Shown here: piece after piece, positions 36,659 through 46,677 of the stretch
How positions within the stretch are numbered: the first letter of the stretch is position 1
How the letters are laid out: each line of letters starts with the position of its first letter
Virus record (IMG/VR): IMGVR_UViG_3300047160_003616
Location: 1 to 64,000 of that record
Source: a virus
Taxonomy: Duplodnaviria > Caudoviricetes
DNA length: 64,000 nucleotides
Strand: one strand, 5' to 3'
Made by a program: the position numbers and the translations under genes
The notes under the pieces: generated by a model
Seen by the model: only the letters and a program-made list of their open reading frames with translations
What the model was told of the DNA's origin: nothing
The model's database searches: none

Positions 36659-36664
36659 GAGGAT

Positions 36665-37303
36665 TCACCCGGCTGCGGCTAGTTCTTTGGCCATCTCTTG
36701 CAGATCCGGTTTGCCCTCGGGCCGGGTGATGGGCTCCGGGGCAGATGCCGCCGGTGGCGCGGGCTGCTTGGGCGAAACCAGCCCCAGCATCTCGTCGCAC
36801 TGGTTGAGGGCCACCTTGAGCCCCTCCATCTGCACAAGGATGTCCTTGCGGGCGGCCTCTAAGTGGCGCTTGAGCAAGGGGTGCAGCGTATTGGTCACGA
36901 TCAGCCTCCCGTTTTTATCTTTGGTGGGTTTGATGAGTTCCAGCGGGGGCCAGAACCCGTTTTGCTTGGCGTCGTAGTGGTCCACCATACGGACCAGTCC
37001 TGAATCGGCGTATTGCTGCACCGGAGTGCTCGACGCCGAGTTGGGCAGCAGCTCATCACGGGCCGCGGCCTCGGTGTAGCCCTGCATGCAGATCAAAACG
37101 AAGGCCTCCCGTTGCCGTTTGGGCAAATACGGGAGGCCCACCATGAGATCACCGAGGAAGACATCCTCCCCCTCCGGGGTGACCATCACATCACTCATGC
37201 CCCGATCCTCCATCAGGGCATGCCAATGGTCCAAGTGCTGGAACATGCGCTTAAAATATTGAAGTCTGCGCTTGACTGGGTCGTCGGGCAGTCGACGTGT
37301 CAT
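36665..37303 (-). CDS. Sigma-70 region 4-like transcription factor
   Basis: LPKRQREAFVLICMQGYTEAAARDEL matches the region 4 HTH pattern. Confidence 0.65.
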   Translation of the reverse strand: MTRRLPDDPVKRRLQYFKRMFQHLDHWHALMEDRGMSDVMVTPEGEDVFLGDLMVGLPYLPKRQREAFVLICMQGYTEAAARDELLPNSASSTPVQQYADSGLVRMVDHYDAKQNGFWPPLELIKPTKDKNGRLIVTNTLHPLLKRHLEAARKDILVQMEGLKVALNQCDEMLGLVSPKQPAPPAASAPEPITRPEGKPDLQEMAKELAAAG

Positions 37304-37311
37304 GGCGTCCC

Positions 37312-37980
37312 CTACGGGGGCGGATGCATCATTTTTGTGTCCTGATCTGCCACCAGTTGAATAATTCCGCGTGTCTGAAGTTCACTGATTAGCTTAAATT
37401 CGCGTCCACGACGTAAGTTGCACCCACAACAACTCGGTACCAAATTAGTCGGGTCATTGTTGGCTTTGTCGTGATCAAGGTGATCGACACAGATTCCATC
37501 GAGTCCGCCCCAATGAAGATCGGTCTTACCGCAGTCATATACGAAGTGCCAATGACATTCGTGTGGTCCAGAACCGATCTTGTCATACAGCACCGCTCGA
37601 TGCTCCATCACAATCGCACCGGTTGTAGCAAGAGGATGATCGTACTGCATGGTTCGACCGTGATACCCCGACTCAGAAACAAACCGCCCCATCGCAGGAA
37701 GGCCCCACTTTTTCCCACGCAAGGACGCTGATTTCTTCGCCCGTGCCTCTGGGGTGTGCAACCTATCAACTGTTGCTCTCACCGCAGCACGCTGCTCATC
37801 AGTCCATCTTCCTTTATGCCCTTCCGATACCGCCGCCAGAAACGCAGCCATGACTTCCGGCTGTTCCCGTCGTTGTACCCACTCAGCCTTCATCCTAAAT
37901 GAGGTCTGCTCTCGCATTTCAGCCGTCCTCATATAAGAAGAATGTCGGCCACATTGGCAACCCGGAGCACATTTACTCAA
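37312..37980 (-). CDS. HNH homing endonuclease with NUMOD3-like N-terminus
   Basis: EHRAVLYDKIG...VDHLDHDKANNDPTNLVPSCCGCN; lower GC. Confidence 0.85.
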   Translation of the reverse strand: MSKCAPGCQCGRHSSYMRTAEMREQTSFRMKAEWVQRREQPEVMAAFLAAVSEGHKGRWTDEQRAAVRATVDRLHTPEARAKKSASLRGKKWGLPAMGRFVSESGYHGRTMQYDHPLATTGAIVMEHRAVLYDKIGSGPHECHWHFVYDCGKTDLHWGGLDGICVDHLDHDKANNDPTNLVPSCCGCNLRRGREFKLISELQTRGIIQLVADQDTKMMHPPP

Positions 37981-38681
37981 TGTTGGCTCCTAACTTGCCA
38001 ATAGCGAATATCATTCAGGAGTTTGCAAAATGCGTTGACCTCTTTGAGGAAGCTGTCGGCCTGGCTGAACAGATAGAACCGGAAGTAGGCGTGGTAGCGA
38101 TCCTTCTGGCTCTTGCGGTTAGCCGTGGCCTGCTTGTCTCCTTGGGTACCGTCCAGCACGCCCAACCAGCCGTCGTCGGAGATGTCCCCGGCGATCTGGC
38201 GGGCGTAGATGGCTTCCAGCATCAGTTTGTTGACCTGGGGCACCAGGCTCAACTTGACCCGTTCCAAGTTGACCAGGGTTTCCTCAATATCCTGACCGGT
38301 GAGTTGGGTCCACCGCTCGATGACGCCGCGCTCGTCGGTGAGCCACACAGTGCGGCCCGCGGCATCCTTGACCACGATCCCTTCGCGCTGCACGGGCACG
38401 CGCAGACACTCATAGAAGCGGTCGATCACCTGGATGGTCGCCTCAAAGGCTTCGGCGAACATTCCCTCGGCGCTCATTCTGATACGTTCCAGAGCGGCGC
38501 GGTCTTCGGGACGCCAGGAGAATCGGATCTTTTGGAAGAGGTTGTTCTCGGAGGCCAACGCGGCCTCCTCGGTGATCGCGGTGGCCTCGGCCACCGGTTG
38601 TAAAGTCTCGGTGATCATTTGCTGAGCGAGGCGCTCCGCGAAGTCACCGAGGGGTCCACCACCTACAGAGGGATTCAACAT
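37977..38681 (-). CDS. Conserved hypothetical helical protein
   Basis: Start MLNPSV with GGAGGA RBS. Confidence 0.7.
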   Translation of the reverse strand: MLNPSVGGGPLGDFAERLAQQMITETLQPVAEATAITEEAALASENNLFQKIRFSWRPEDRAALERIRMSAEGMFAEAFEATIQVIDRFYECLRVPVQREGIVVKDAAGRTVWLTDERGVIERWTQLTGQDIEETLVNLERVKLSLVPQVNKLMLEAIYARQIAGDISDDGWLGVLDGTQGDKQATANRKSQKDRYHAYFRFYLFSQADSFLKEVNAFCKLLNDIRYWQVRSQH

Positions 38682-38739
38682 TCCTCCAAATCGGATTCTG
38701 ACGGCAGAATAACATGAATGAAACATTCGGGTTTGGTTG

Positions 38740-39180
38740 TCATGTCTCGGGTTTCTCCTCCCAGACCTTGATCTGCACGCCCAGCTCCTCGCCGATCTCG
38801 GCAACCCGCTTGCTCGCCAGCAGCGTGGTGACCTGGGCGTCGTCCTGATAAACCACCCCCGTCATGGCGTCCAGACAGGCCCGGGAGAGCTTGTCGATGT
38901 CGGGGGCCTTGGTGGCCGGTGGGGTCTTGGTCTTGGGAGCGCCCTTGGGCCGGTAGAGCACGAAGGATAGCGTCATGGCCACGGGCCCCCGCAGGGGGCC
39001 CTGCCCGCGGCCCTCCACGCCTTCGGGGTAGGCCCCGGCTTCGATCAGCGCGTGGTGGGCGGCCAGCGCCACCCGTTCACGCCAGGGGGCCAGCTCTTTA
39101 TTGGATTCGCGCACACCCCACTGGGTGCGCACTTTGGAGCCCTGACTCTGCGGTTTGCCGGGCACAAAAAACTGGATCAT
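38740..39180 (-). CDS. rusA: RusA-like Holliday junction resolvase
   Basis: G.P.SQGSK...PDIDKL.RA.LDAMT.VVY.DDAQV. Confidence 0.9.
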   Translation of the reverse strand: MIQFFVPGKPQSQGSKVRTQWGVRESNKELAPWRERVALAAHHALIEAGAYPEGVEGRGQGPLRGPVAMTLSFVLYRPKGAPKTKTPPATKAPDIDKLSRACLDAMTGVVYQDDAQVTTLLASKRVAEIGEELGVQIKVWEEKPET

Positions 39181-39938
39181 TCCTCCTGGCCTTTCAGCCA
39201 ACATTGGAAGCGTGCCGGGCATTTGTCGATGATGTCCTTATCCCCTGGCCCACAACAGTATTTGGGCGGCTCGTTGGCCTCGATGGCCGCTCGCACCCGG
39301 TCGAATTTGGCATAGATCGAATCCAGGAGTTGGCGGTCGCGTTTCACGTGGAACTCACGCAGCCGATAGGGAAAGCCCGCCTCGGCCATCAGTAGCACGC
39401 CCAGGTCGGCGTCCTGGGAGTCCAGGCCCAGATTGAGCTGGGCGATCCAGGAGGGCTCGGGCTCGTCCTGGAACTTCCACTTGTAGTGGGTGCGGGTTTT
39501 GAACTCCACCGGCAGCACAGATCCGTTGGGGTGATGCGCAATCCAGTCGATCCGGCCGCGCACGTGGTGCGCGGCGTTGACGTATTCGACCTCGATGTCC
39601 TCCTTGGTGACCAGCTTGCACATCTCCATCTGGGTCTGGATCACCCCGTGCAGGGCGGAGCCCATGGCCAGCGTCATCTGGCGCTGCACGCTGTTGCGCT
39701 CCCAGACCATCAGCGGGGCGGTGGCCGGATGGAACATGTAGAACAGCTGGCGCTCGCCCATTAGAGCGTGCGTGGAGGGGTGGAAATACCCATCGCCGAG
39801 GCCGTAATAGGGGCGCGAATCAATGCGGATGTCGTAGTGCTCGGGCCAGTCGTCGGCCAACATCCCGGCCTCAAAGAACGGGGTGATCAGGTCGCGCTGA
39901 CCCAGACTCTTGAGCAGGGAATCAAACCCGGTAGCCAT
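39177..39938 (-). CDS. Cas4-like / PD-(D/E)xK exonuclease
   Basis: GSALH...IEVE...GRIDW...VEFKT...QL..Y-like motif and C-terminal CC..C..C cluster. Confidence 0.75.
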   Translation of the reverse strand: MATGFDSLLKSLGQRDLITPFFEAGMLADDWPEHYDIRIDSRPYYGLGDGYFHPSTHALMGERQLFYMFHPATAPLMVWERNSVQRQMTLAMGSALHGVIQTQMEMCKLVTKEDIEVEYVNAAHHVRGRIDWIAHHPNGSVLPVEFKTRTHYKWKFQDEPEPSWIAQLNLGLDSQDADLGVLLMAEAGFPYRLREFHVKRDRQLLDSIYAKFDRVRAAIEANEPPKYCCGPGDKDIIDKCPARFQCWLKGQEE

Positions 39939-40272
39939 CGAGCAACTCCTTGAAGTCGTGGAATGACAGCACAACGTAGTCCTCGCCCCCGACATGCAGG
40001 CCATTGCGCAACGCGAAGCGCAGCGGGAGGATGAACCGTTTGCCTAAAGCCATTGCAGTCTCGCCCATCTGGCGCAGATCGGCAGATCTGAGACTGAAGG
40101 AGTGCGATTCGGTGTACTTGCAGTCAGCCAGTAGCGGAAACGGACCCTCGTTGCCGCGGGTCACCGCATCGCCGGGGTCGAAAAACCTGATCCCGGAGTG
40201 GATGGTGGTGTCCAGGCCCAGGTGCTGGGCCACCTCGTCCTCCCAATGCTGCCAATGCTCACGCCTGGTCAT
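39922..40272 (-). CDS. Archaeal-type HJ-resolvase-like PD-(D/E)xK nuclease
   Basis: WEDEVA...SG....GD...ADCKYT..SFSL. Confidence 0.65.
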   Translation of the reverse strand: MTRREHWQHWEDEVAQHLGLDTTIHSGIRFFDPGDAVTRGNEGPFPLLADCKYTESHSFSLRSADLRQMGETAMALGKRFILPLRFALRNGLHVGGEDYVVLSFHDFKELLDGYRV

Positions 40273-41383
40273 GAAACAACACCTTGTCCTGATAGACCTG
40301 GGTGAGGTTGACGTTCACCTCGGTCTCATCGGGGTCGGACATCGGGGCCACCTGGGCACCGATGCTGGCGATGGTGGCCATCACCTGCTCGGCGAGCTTC
40401 TTCTGCACCGGCTTATCGGATTTGACGGCCTCCATGAACCGCTCAAAGCCCTGCACCTTGCTGCCGGGCAGCAGGTCGTGGTGATACCAGCCGCCCTTCT
40501 TGGCGACCACGCCGGATAACGGTGCCAGCCTTGTGATCTCATCCAGCGAGTCGATGCCGAAGCCGTGCTCGTCGGTGGGCACGTTGTAGAACCAATACAT
40601 CGCCGTGCGGCCCTCCGGGCCGACACCGTTCTTGCGCACCTTGGCGTGCACGTCGTAGCCGATGCGCATCCGCTCCCCGTTGATGGTGGCTTCCTTCTTC
40701 TCCCGGCCTCGCACCAGCTCGATACGCAAGGTGCACAGATGCCGCCAAGACCAGCCACCGGGGGTGTCCACCAGGCCGGGGATGCGGGTATTGAGCACGG
40801 CGCGCACCTGGTTGACCCCGATGGTCAGGCAGTTGTAGATGGAGGCATGCGTGGTGGCCGCTCGGGAGAACTCGCTGACCCCCGCGGCATTGCCGGTGAC
40901 CGTGCGCACCTCGGCGTCGTCACTGGTGCGCACCGTGGGTGCCCCGCCAATGGAATCCAGGATGGCACAACAGACTTGGCCGCTGGCGGCAGCGGTGCGG
41001 TACATGTTGGTGGCGCGCTCGATGCTCGACGGCTGCATGTAGAAGATGCGGCTAGTCAGCAGGTCGGGACCGACGATCATCTCCAACCAGTCCTTGTCCA
41101 GCTTGTGCTCCACGTCCATGATCAGCCCGAAGCGATCCGGGTAGCGGTCCAGCGCATTGAGCATGGCGTGCAACGCCAGCGTGGTCTTGCCGGTGCCCTC
41201 CTTGCCGAAGATTTCCACCACGCGGTTGGACGGGAAGCCACCGAAGTCGGTGGCGTAGTCCAGCGCCAGGGAGCCGGTGGAGATCGGGTCTCCGACCGGG
41301 ATCTTGTTGGCCATCATGATCTCGTCCTCGCCGAACTCCTTCTGCATACCGGCGAGCAGGGTCTCGGCTTTGGGATTGGGCAT
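40259..41383 (-). CDS. recA: RecA/UvsX recombinase
   Basis: ISTGSLALD...RVVEIFGKEGTGKTTLAL, DVEHKLD, LDSIG, NQVR, TPGG. Confidence 0.96.
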   Translation of the reverse strand: MPNPKAETLLAGMQKEFGEDEIMMANKIPVGDPISTGSLALDYATDFGGFPSNRVVEIFGKEGTGKTTLALHAMLNALDRYPDRFGLIMDVEHKLDKDWLEMIVGPDLLTSRIFYMQPSSIERATNMYRTAAASGQVCCAILDSIGGAPTVRTSDDAEVRTVTGNAAGVSEFSRAATTHASIYNCLTIGVNQVRAVLNTRIPGLVDTPGGWSWRHLCTLRIELVRGREKKEATINGERMRIGYDVHAKVRKNGVGPEGRTAMYWFYNVPTDEHGFGIDSLDEITRLAPLSGVVAKKGGWYHHDLLPGSKVQGFERFMEAVKSDKPVQKKLAEQVMATIASIGAQVAPMSDPDETEVNVNLTQVYQDKVLFHDQA

Positions 41384-44300
41384 CAGGGCAGTCCTTCCCG
41401 GTCGTAGAGATGATCAAGGCGGTCTACATGCTCTAAGCAGCAGCCGTTGTCCAGGCGCTTGACGGTCAGCGCCACCGGAGCCCCCAGCTGCAATAGGTCT
41501 TTGGCCAGCGCCCAGGCCTCGGGGAAGCACACCACCCGGAAGTCGGCCTCGTTCCACTCCACGGTGATATGCGCCATCTCCGCGCCGGGCGTGCGGCCCG
41601 ACTTGGTCACGGTGAGCCGGATGTTGGTGAGCTGGCCGCCCACGCAAAACTGTTGTCCCCGAGTGAAATTGATCATGTCCATCGGGTCACGTAGGGCCAG
41701 CTTGTCCAACGCGGTGACGTAGCGTTCCAGTGGGTCCACGGTGACGTAAGTGCCCACCAACGTCTTTTCGATCTCATACATCACCTTGGGATCGGCGAAG
41801 TCGGGCACCTCGACGCGCCACTGGTCGTTGCCGCTGGCCAGGCGGCGCTCCACCACGGTGTTCAGCTTGACCGGGTCGACCAGGGTGGAGTCGGCCAGCC
41901 CGCGGGCGGCCCGATACCGTGCCAGCCGCCTCAGCATCTCCTCCCGGGTGCCCATCTCGTTGAAGGCCCCGATGTAGATCAGGTTGACGGCCACGCCCTT
42001 GTCAGCCCCGTCCTTGGAGCGCGACAGGTAGTCCTCCAAGGAGGTGTACGGCCGGGCGGCCATGATGCCCTTGCAGGAGGCCGCGCCCACCCCGCGCACG
42101 GTGTCCAGCCCGTAGCGGATGTCGTCGCCCTCGATGGTGAATTTGGGCTCGCTCTTGTTGATGTCAGGCGGCAGGATGGTGATCTTGCGCCGCCGGGCCT
42201 CGCGCACGTAGCTGTTGATGTGCTTGGCGTCGGTGGCCATCAGCGCCACCAGGAACTCCTGCGGATAGTAGAACTTCAGCCAGATCTCCCAGGTGGCGAT
42301 GAACGCCCCGTACTCCACGGCGTGGCTCCAGTTGAAGGCGTAGCGCCCGGACGCCTCGATGGAGGTCCAGATCTTCTCGGCGATCCTGGTGGCCTCGGCC
42401 TCGTCTAGCGCCTTGGAGTTCTGGTAGTGGGTGAACTCCCAGTTGGCCAGGCAGCCGGTGAGGAACTTCTCCTTGAGCGCCACCAGCTGGTCCATGTACT
42501 TCTTGCCCACCGCGGTGCGCACGTCATCGGCTTCATCGGCGGTGAAGGAGGCCAGCAGCTGCACGGCCTCCATGATCTGTTCCTGGTAGACCAGGATGCC
42601 GAAGGTGTTGGTGGACCAGCCCGGCCCTACGATGCGCTCCATCAACGGGTGGTCGTAGAGCACCGGTTCCAGCGCCGCACGGCGGCGCAGGTAGGTCTCC
42701 TTGAGCCCGGCGTCGGCCACGCCGGGCCGGATGATGGAGGTGAGATCGGCGATGTCGCGGTGGCTTTGAGGCTTGAACTCGATGCAGGCCTGGGTGCAGT
42801 TGGAGGTCTCTACCTGGAAGATACCCAAGGTCTGGCCGTCGGCGAGCTGTGGCCAAATGTCCGGGTCGGTGAAGTGCTCGTCGCCGAAGGTGAGCACATT
42901 GGTGCAGCCCTTGGGCACCGAGAGCCCGGTGCGGTCGAAGTCGATCCACACCCCGTGGCGCTCATAGATCAAGCGGCGGGCGCGGGAAATGGTGTCCAGA
43001 TGGCGCAAGCCCAGCCAGTCGAACTTCACCCCGCCCAGGCGCTCCACGTCGTGCATGTCCAGCTGGGTGGTCGCGCCTTTGGTCGGGGAGTCCCGTAGTG
43101 GCACCCGGCCCAGGATGGGCTCAGCGGAGATCAGGATGCCCGAGGGGTGCACCCCGGAGTGCCGGGCCAGCCCGGTCAGCTCACCCATGAACTGAAACAC
43201 CTTGGGGTACTTGGCCGCATAGGGAGCCAGCGCATGGCCCTTGCGCTCCACCAGCTCGGTGTAGGTCAGCTCCTCCTCGTCGGGGTTGTTGGGGTCCTTG
43301 AGCCGCTCCACCTCCTCGATGTGCTTGGAGATGGCGTCAACATCCAGACGACCCTCGGTGGTCTCGGAGACCTTGTAGGCCCGGGCCAGATCGCGCAGCG
43401 TGGCCTTGGGCCCGCTGCGGTTGAAAGTCCCGATGGCACAGACATTCTCCTCGCCGTAGCGCTTGCGCAGATACTTCAACACCAGCGGGCGCTCGGACTG
43501 CGGCACGTCCACGTCGATGTCGGGCAGGCCTTTGCGGCCGGGGGAAAGGAACCGGGAAAACAGCGTGCCGTATTTGAGCGGGTCGATCAGGGTGATGTTG
43601 GTCAGGTAGGCCACCAGACACCCCCCGGCCGACCCGCGGCCGGGGCCCACCAACAAGGGCTCCTTGATCGCTCCCTTTTTGACGAACTGCGACCAGGAAC
43701 CCGAGCGGAAGGCCATCGCCGAGTCGCGCACGATGTTGAAGTAGCCCGCGAAGTGCCGGTCGCGGATCAGCTTCAGCTCCTCCTCTAGCCGGGCCAGATA
43801 GGGCCCTTGGTCGAGTCCCTCATCCACCACGTAGCGCTGAAAACCCTCCCCGCAGGCCGCCACCAGGGAGGCGAAGTCCTCGTCCTCGCTGACGGCCAGC
43901 CGCGGCATGCTCATGGTGGGCTGGATCGTGACGTGGCACTGGGTGGCGATGTCGGCGGAGTTCTTGATGGCCTCGGCGATCACCTCGGCCGGGATGCCGT
44001 GTTTGCCCATCCACAGATAGATCTCGTCCTCGCCCATCAGGTGATCGGCGATCTGGCTCATGGTGGCCAACGTGCTGCGCATCTTGTCGGAGTCCTCGCC
44101 GGTGTTGAACAACCACACCAACTCCTTGTTGATCCACTTCTCCGGGGCGGCGTGATGGGAGTCGTTGACCACCACCATCGGCACCGACATCTCTTGGGCG
44201 AAGCGCATTTTGGCGTGATTGAGGCGGCGCATCTTGGCGTTCATCGCCATGTGCTCAGGCTTGGAGTCGTTCATGTACTGCCAGGTATGCAACTCGATAA

Positions 44301-44832
44301 AAAATCGGTCCCGGTAGATGTGGCGCAGCGTGCCCAGCAGTTGGCGGGCGGTGTCCTCCTGGCCGTCCTGGATGGCCTCGTAGAACTGGGTCATCATGCA
44401 GCCATCGGAGGCCCAGATGCCCTCGGCGTACTTGGCCAGCAGCTCGGGGGTGGCGATGGGTTTGTAGTCGAAGTACGGGGCCTGATAGGCCTCGCTCGAC
44501 AGCGCCCACAGATTGGACAGGCCCTCGTTAGTCATCGCCAGCAGGCACAGGTGACTGGGCGAGGGACGGCGCAGCTTGCCCTTCTGCTTCCGATGCCAGG
44601 CCACCTGCTCACCGAACATCCAGTAACCTTCAATCCCCGGGACGAACCCAAGACCCGCCGCGCCCGCGGCGCGGCTCATGGCCAGGTGCTGGTTGCACTC
44701 GCCGTGATCAGTGAGCGCGACATGGCTCATGCCCAGGGCCACGGCGCGGTCGACCACCTCCTGGACCCGGGCCTCCCCGTCGAGGAAGGAGCCCTCGGTG
44801 TGCTGGTGGAAATTGACTTGCAGAGTCATCAC
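41383..44832 (-). CDS. dnaE: DNA polymerase III alpha subunit
   Basis: PHP domain (HTEGSFLDG, LTDHG), GRGSAGGCLVAY, LPDIDVD, HPSGI, GILVYQEQIM; no intein seen. Confidence 0.97.
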   Translation of the reverse strand: MMTLQVNFHQHTEGSFLDGEARVQEVVDRAVALGMSHVALTDHGECNQHLAMSRAAGAAGLGFVPGIEGYWMFGEQVAWHRKQKGKLRRPSPSHLCLLAMTNEGLSNLWALSSEAYQAPYFDYKPIATPELLAKYAEGIWASDGCMMTQFYEAIQDGQEDTARQLLGTLRHIYRDRFFIELHTWQYMNDSKPEHMAMNAKMRRLNHAKMRFAQEMSVPMVVVNDSHHAAPEKWINKELVWLFNTGEDSDKMRSTLATMSQIADHLMGEDEIYLWMGKHGIPAEVIAEAIKNSADIATQCHVTIQPTMSMPRLAVSEDEDFASLVAACGEGFQRYVVDEGLDQGPYLARLEEELKLIRDRHFAGYFNIVRDSAMAFRSGSWSQFVKKGAIKEPLLVGPGRGSAGGCLVAYLTNITLIDPLKYGTLFSRFLSPGRKGLPDIDVDVPQSERPLVLKYLRKRYGEENVCAIGTFNRSGPKATLRDLARAYKVSETTEGRLDVDAISKHIEEVERLKDPNNPDEEELTYTELVERKGHALAPYAAKYPKVFQFMGELTGLARHSGVHPSGILISAEPILGRVPLRDSPTKGATTQLDMHDVERLGGVKFDWLGLRHLDTISRARRLIYERHGVWIDFDRTGLSVPKGCTNVLTFGDEHFTDPDIWPQLADGQTLGIFQVETSNCTQACIEFKPQSHRDIADLTSIIRPGVADAGLKETYLRRRAALEPVLYDHPLMERIVGPGWSTNTFGILVYQEQIMEAVQLLASFTADEADDVRTAVGKKYMDQLVALKEKFLTGCLANWEFTHYQNSKALDEAEATRIAEKIWTSIEASGRYAFNWSHAVEYGAFIATWEIWLKFYYPQEFLVALMATDAKHINSYVREARRRKITILPPDINKSEPKFTIEGDDIRYGLDTVRGVGAASCKGIMAARPYTSLEDYLSRSKDGADKGVAVNLIYIGAFNEMGTREEMLRRLARYRAARGLADSTLVDPVKLNTVVERRLASGNDQWRVEVPDFADPKVMYEIEKTLVGTYVTVDPLERYVTALDKLALRDPMDMINFTRGQQFCVGGQLTNIRLTVTKSGRTPGAEMAHITVEWNEADFRVVCFPEAWALAKDLLQLGAPVALTVKRLDNGCCLEHVDRLDHLYDREGLP

Positions 44833-45332
44833 TGCGTGACAGGGATAGGGAGTCCCTCGGAAAGAGACTCATCGAGGCGGCGAAGCTGGTCTCGGGTCAT
44901 CACGTAGCAATCGCCGTGCCCGACATTTTTGAGGTTGGCCGGGGTGATGAAATCCCCAGACCGCACCCAGCCCAGCAAGGTGACTTCGGCACCGCACACC
45001 AGGGCCAGCACGTAGAGATCGCAGGAGTCGACCTGCTTCCAGCGCGGGGCGATCAGCCGGTGGTCGGAGTGGGTCACCGCCTTGATGTCCACCCGCACCC
45101 CGTCATGCAGCACGTCATAGGAATGCGCCGTGGCCGGGGCGGTGAGATCGGGGAAGACGTTGGCCCACTTGGCGTAGGCGATCTCGGCGGTGACCCCGGC
45201 CACCTTGTCCCCGAACGGGTCGGGGGAGAAGTGCGGGTCGGTCAGCTTGGCCGCCGCACAGGCGAGTTCACGGTAGGCGGCGATCATCCGCACACACGCC
45301 AGTTCGCCGGGGTCCAGACTGATCGTGACCAT
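44829..45332 (-). CDS. Restriction-endonuclease-like hypothetical protein
   Basis: G..AE.A...YDV...VDIKA...D.YVL...GW pattern. Confidence 0.55.
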   Translation of the reverse strand: MVTISLDPGELACVRMIAAYRELACAAAKLTDPHFSPDPFGDKVAGVTAEIAYAKWANVFPDLTAPATAHSYDVLHDGVRVDIKAVTHSDHRLIAPRWKQVDSCDLYVLALVCGAEVTLLGWVRSGDFITPANLKNVGHGDCYVMTRDQLRRLDESLSEGLPIPVTQ

Positions 45333-45354
45333 CAGTGGTCCTCCCCTGCTTGAG

Positions 45355-46311
45355 TTACTTGCTCTTGGCCGCCGCGATCAACTGCTCCTGCAGGGTGGCG
45401 AAGTTGGTGCCCGAGGTCGGGGCACTCACCGGGGCGTTCGCTTGCGCCTCGTCATTGTGGGTGGTGTCCGGGTGGTACTCATCCATCCCGGACGGTGTGG
45501 TGGTGGCCGTGGCCGTGGCAGCCCCGTCGGCGGTCAGCCAGAACTTGTAGCGGTCCTCACCGGAGTAGTAGGCCACGTACTCCTTGGTGGTGGTGGGGCA
45601 CTTCAGGAAGCGGTTGGGGTCCTTCTCGTCCCACGGCTCGCCGTAGCCATAGAGCTTCTTGACCAGCTCCACATCGGTCAGCTCCTCCACCGCGGGCAGC
45701 GGGATGATGGAGTAGGCGGTGTCGAAGCCCTCGCCGGTGCGAGTGATCTCGTAGTCGCGGTCGCACAACGTGCCATAGCGGTTGTAGCAGGAGACCGCCA
45801 GCGTCTTCCAGAAGTTGTTCAGGCTCTGCTGCACCACGCCGAAATAACGGGCGGGCATCGCGGTGCCCTCTACATCCTTGTCGTAGAAGTAGTCCTCGAT
45901 GACCAGCTTGCCGTCGCGCTGCACCTCCTGGCGCAGCACCGCGATGGCCATGGAGATCTGCCGCGGTGCACCGTCACCCTTGACGTTGGGGCCGGGGGCC
46001 TGCGGCTTGACGATGGGGCCGTTGGGCTTGCGCTGCCAGCCGATGCCCGGGGACGGGCTCACGTAGCGCAGCAGCCGGTCGGGGTCGGCCGGGTCGACCA
46101 TAAAGTTCTTGGTGGTCCCGGACTTGTCCAGGATGAACTCGTGAATCCACTGGGTCTCGTAGTCATCGGCCAAAAACCGGATGATCTTCTTGTCGCCGTT
46201 CTTCCAGTTGATGTACTGGATGTTGCGCCCGGCGGCGGCCCCGCGGGCCGCATCGGCCTTGCGCTGGCCCTCAGTGATAGCTTGCTGCATTGCTTGCATG
46301 CCAGATGTCAT
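45355..46311 (-). CDS. gp32-like single-stranded DNA-binding protein
   Basis: KKIIRFL...RDYEITRTGEGFDTAYSI pattern; sits in the replication module. Confidence 0.75.
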   Translation of the reverse strand: MTSGMQAMQQAITEGQRKADAARGAAAGRNIQYINWKNGDKKIIRFLADDYETQWIHEFILDKSGTTKNFMVDPADPDRLLRYVSPSPGIGWQRKPNGPIVKPQAPGPNVKGDGAPRQISMAIAVLRQEVQRDGKLVIEDYFYDKDVEGTAMPARYFGVVQQSLNNFWKTLAVSCYNRYGTLCDRDYEITRTGEGFDTAYSIIPLPAVEELTDVELVKKLYGYGEPWDEKDPNRFLKCPTTTKEYVAYYSGEDRYKFWLTADGAATATATTTPSGMDEYHPDTTHNDEAQANAPVSAPTSGTNFATLQEQLIAAAKSK

Positions 46312-46410
46312 GTGCGTGTACGTGCTTTCTGTGTGCGTGTGTCGTATTGCGTGGGACTGAATTACCAGTCAATTTGAACTTTACTACATGGTTAGGACAA
46401 GGAGGGCATT

Positions 46411-46677
46411 TCAGCACACCGTTTTTTCCGGCGGCACCGCGGGGGCGGCCTTCTCGGCGGCCTGCTTGACCGCGATGCGTTCCTGCAGCGCGGCCTGCTG
46501 CTGGGCCTGCCGGGTCAGACAGTCCGGGATGGCCTCGTTGAGGCGCACACATAGCGGGGAGGTCGAGTCGTCGGCCAGCAGCCTCATCTTGCCCTCGGGA
46601 TGCGCCTCGTCGGCCGGGTAGTGGCGCACCTTCTCACCCGAGGGCAGGGTGCGGATGGACACGCGCTTGTCACCCAT
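46411..46677 (-). CDS. Hypothetical protein
   Basis: Start MGDKRV overlaps the primase stop. Confidence 0.6.
   Translation of the reverse strand: MGDKRVSIRTLPSGEKVRHYPADEAHPEGKMRLLADDSTSPLCVRLNEAIPDCLTRQAQQQAALQERIAVKQAAEKAAPAVPPEKTVC

Noticed and set aside
39177-39938. Cas4-like nuclease as the adaptation module of the guide array
   Set aside because: It lies 8 kb away inside the RusA/RecA recombination operon, where such nucleases are routine in phages.
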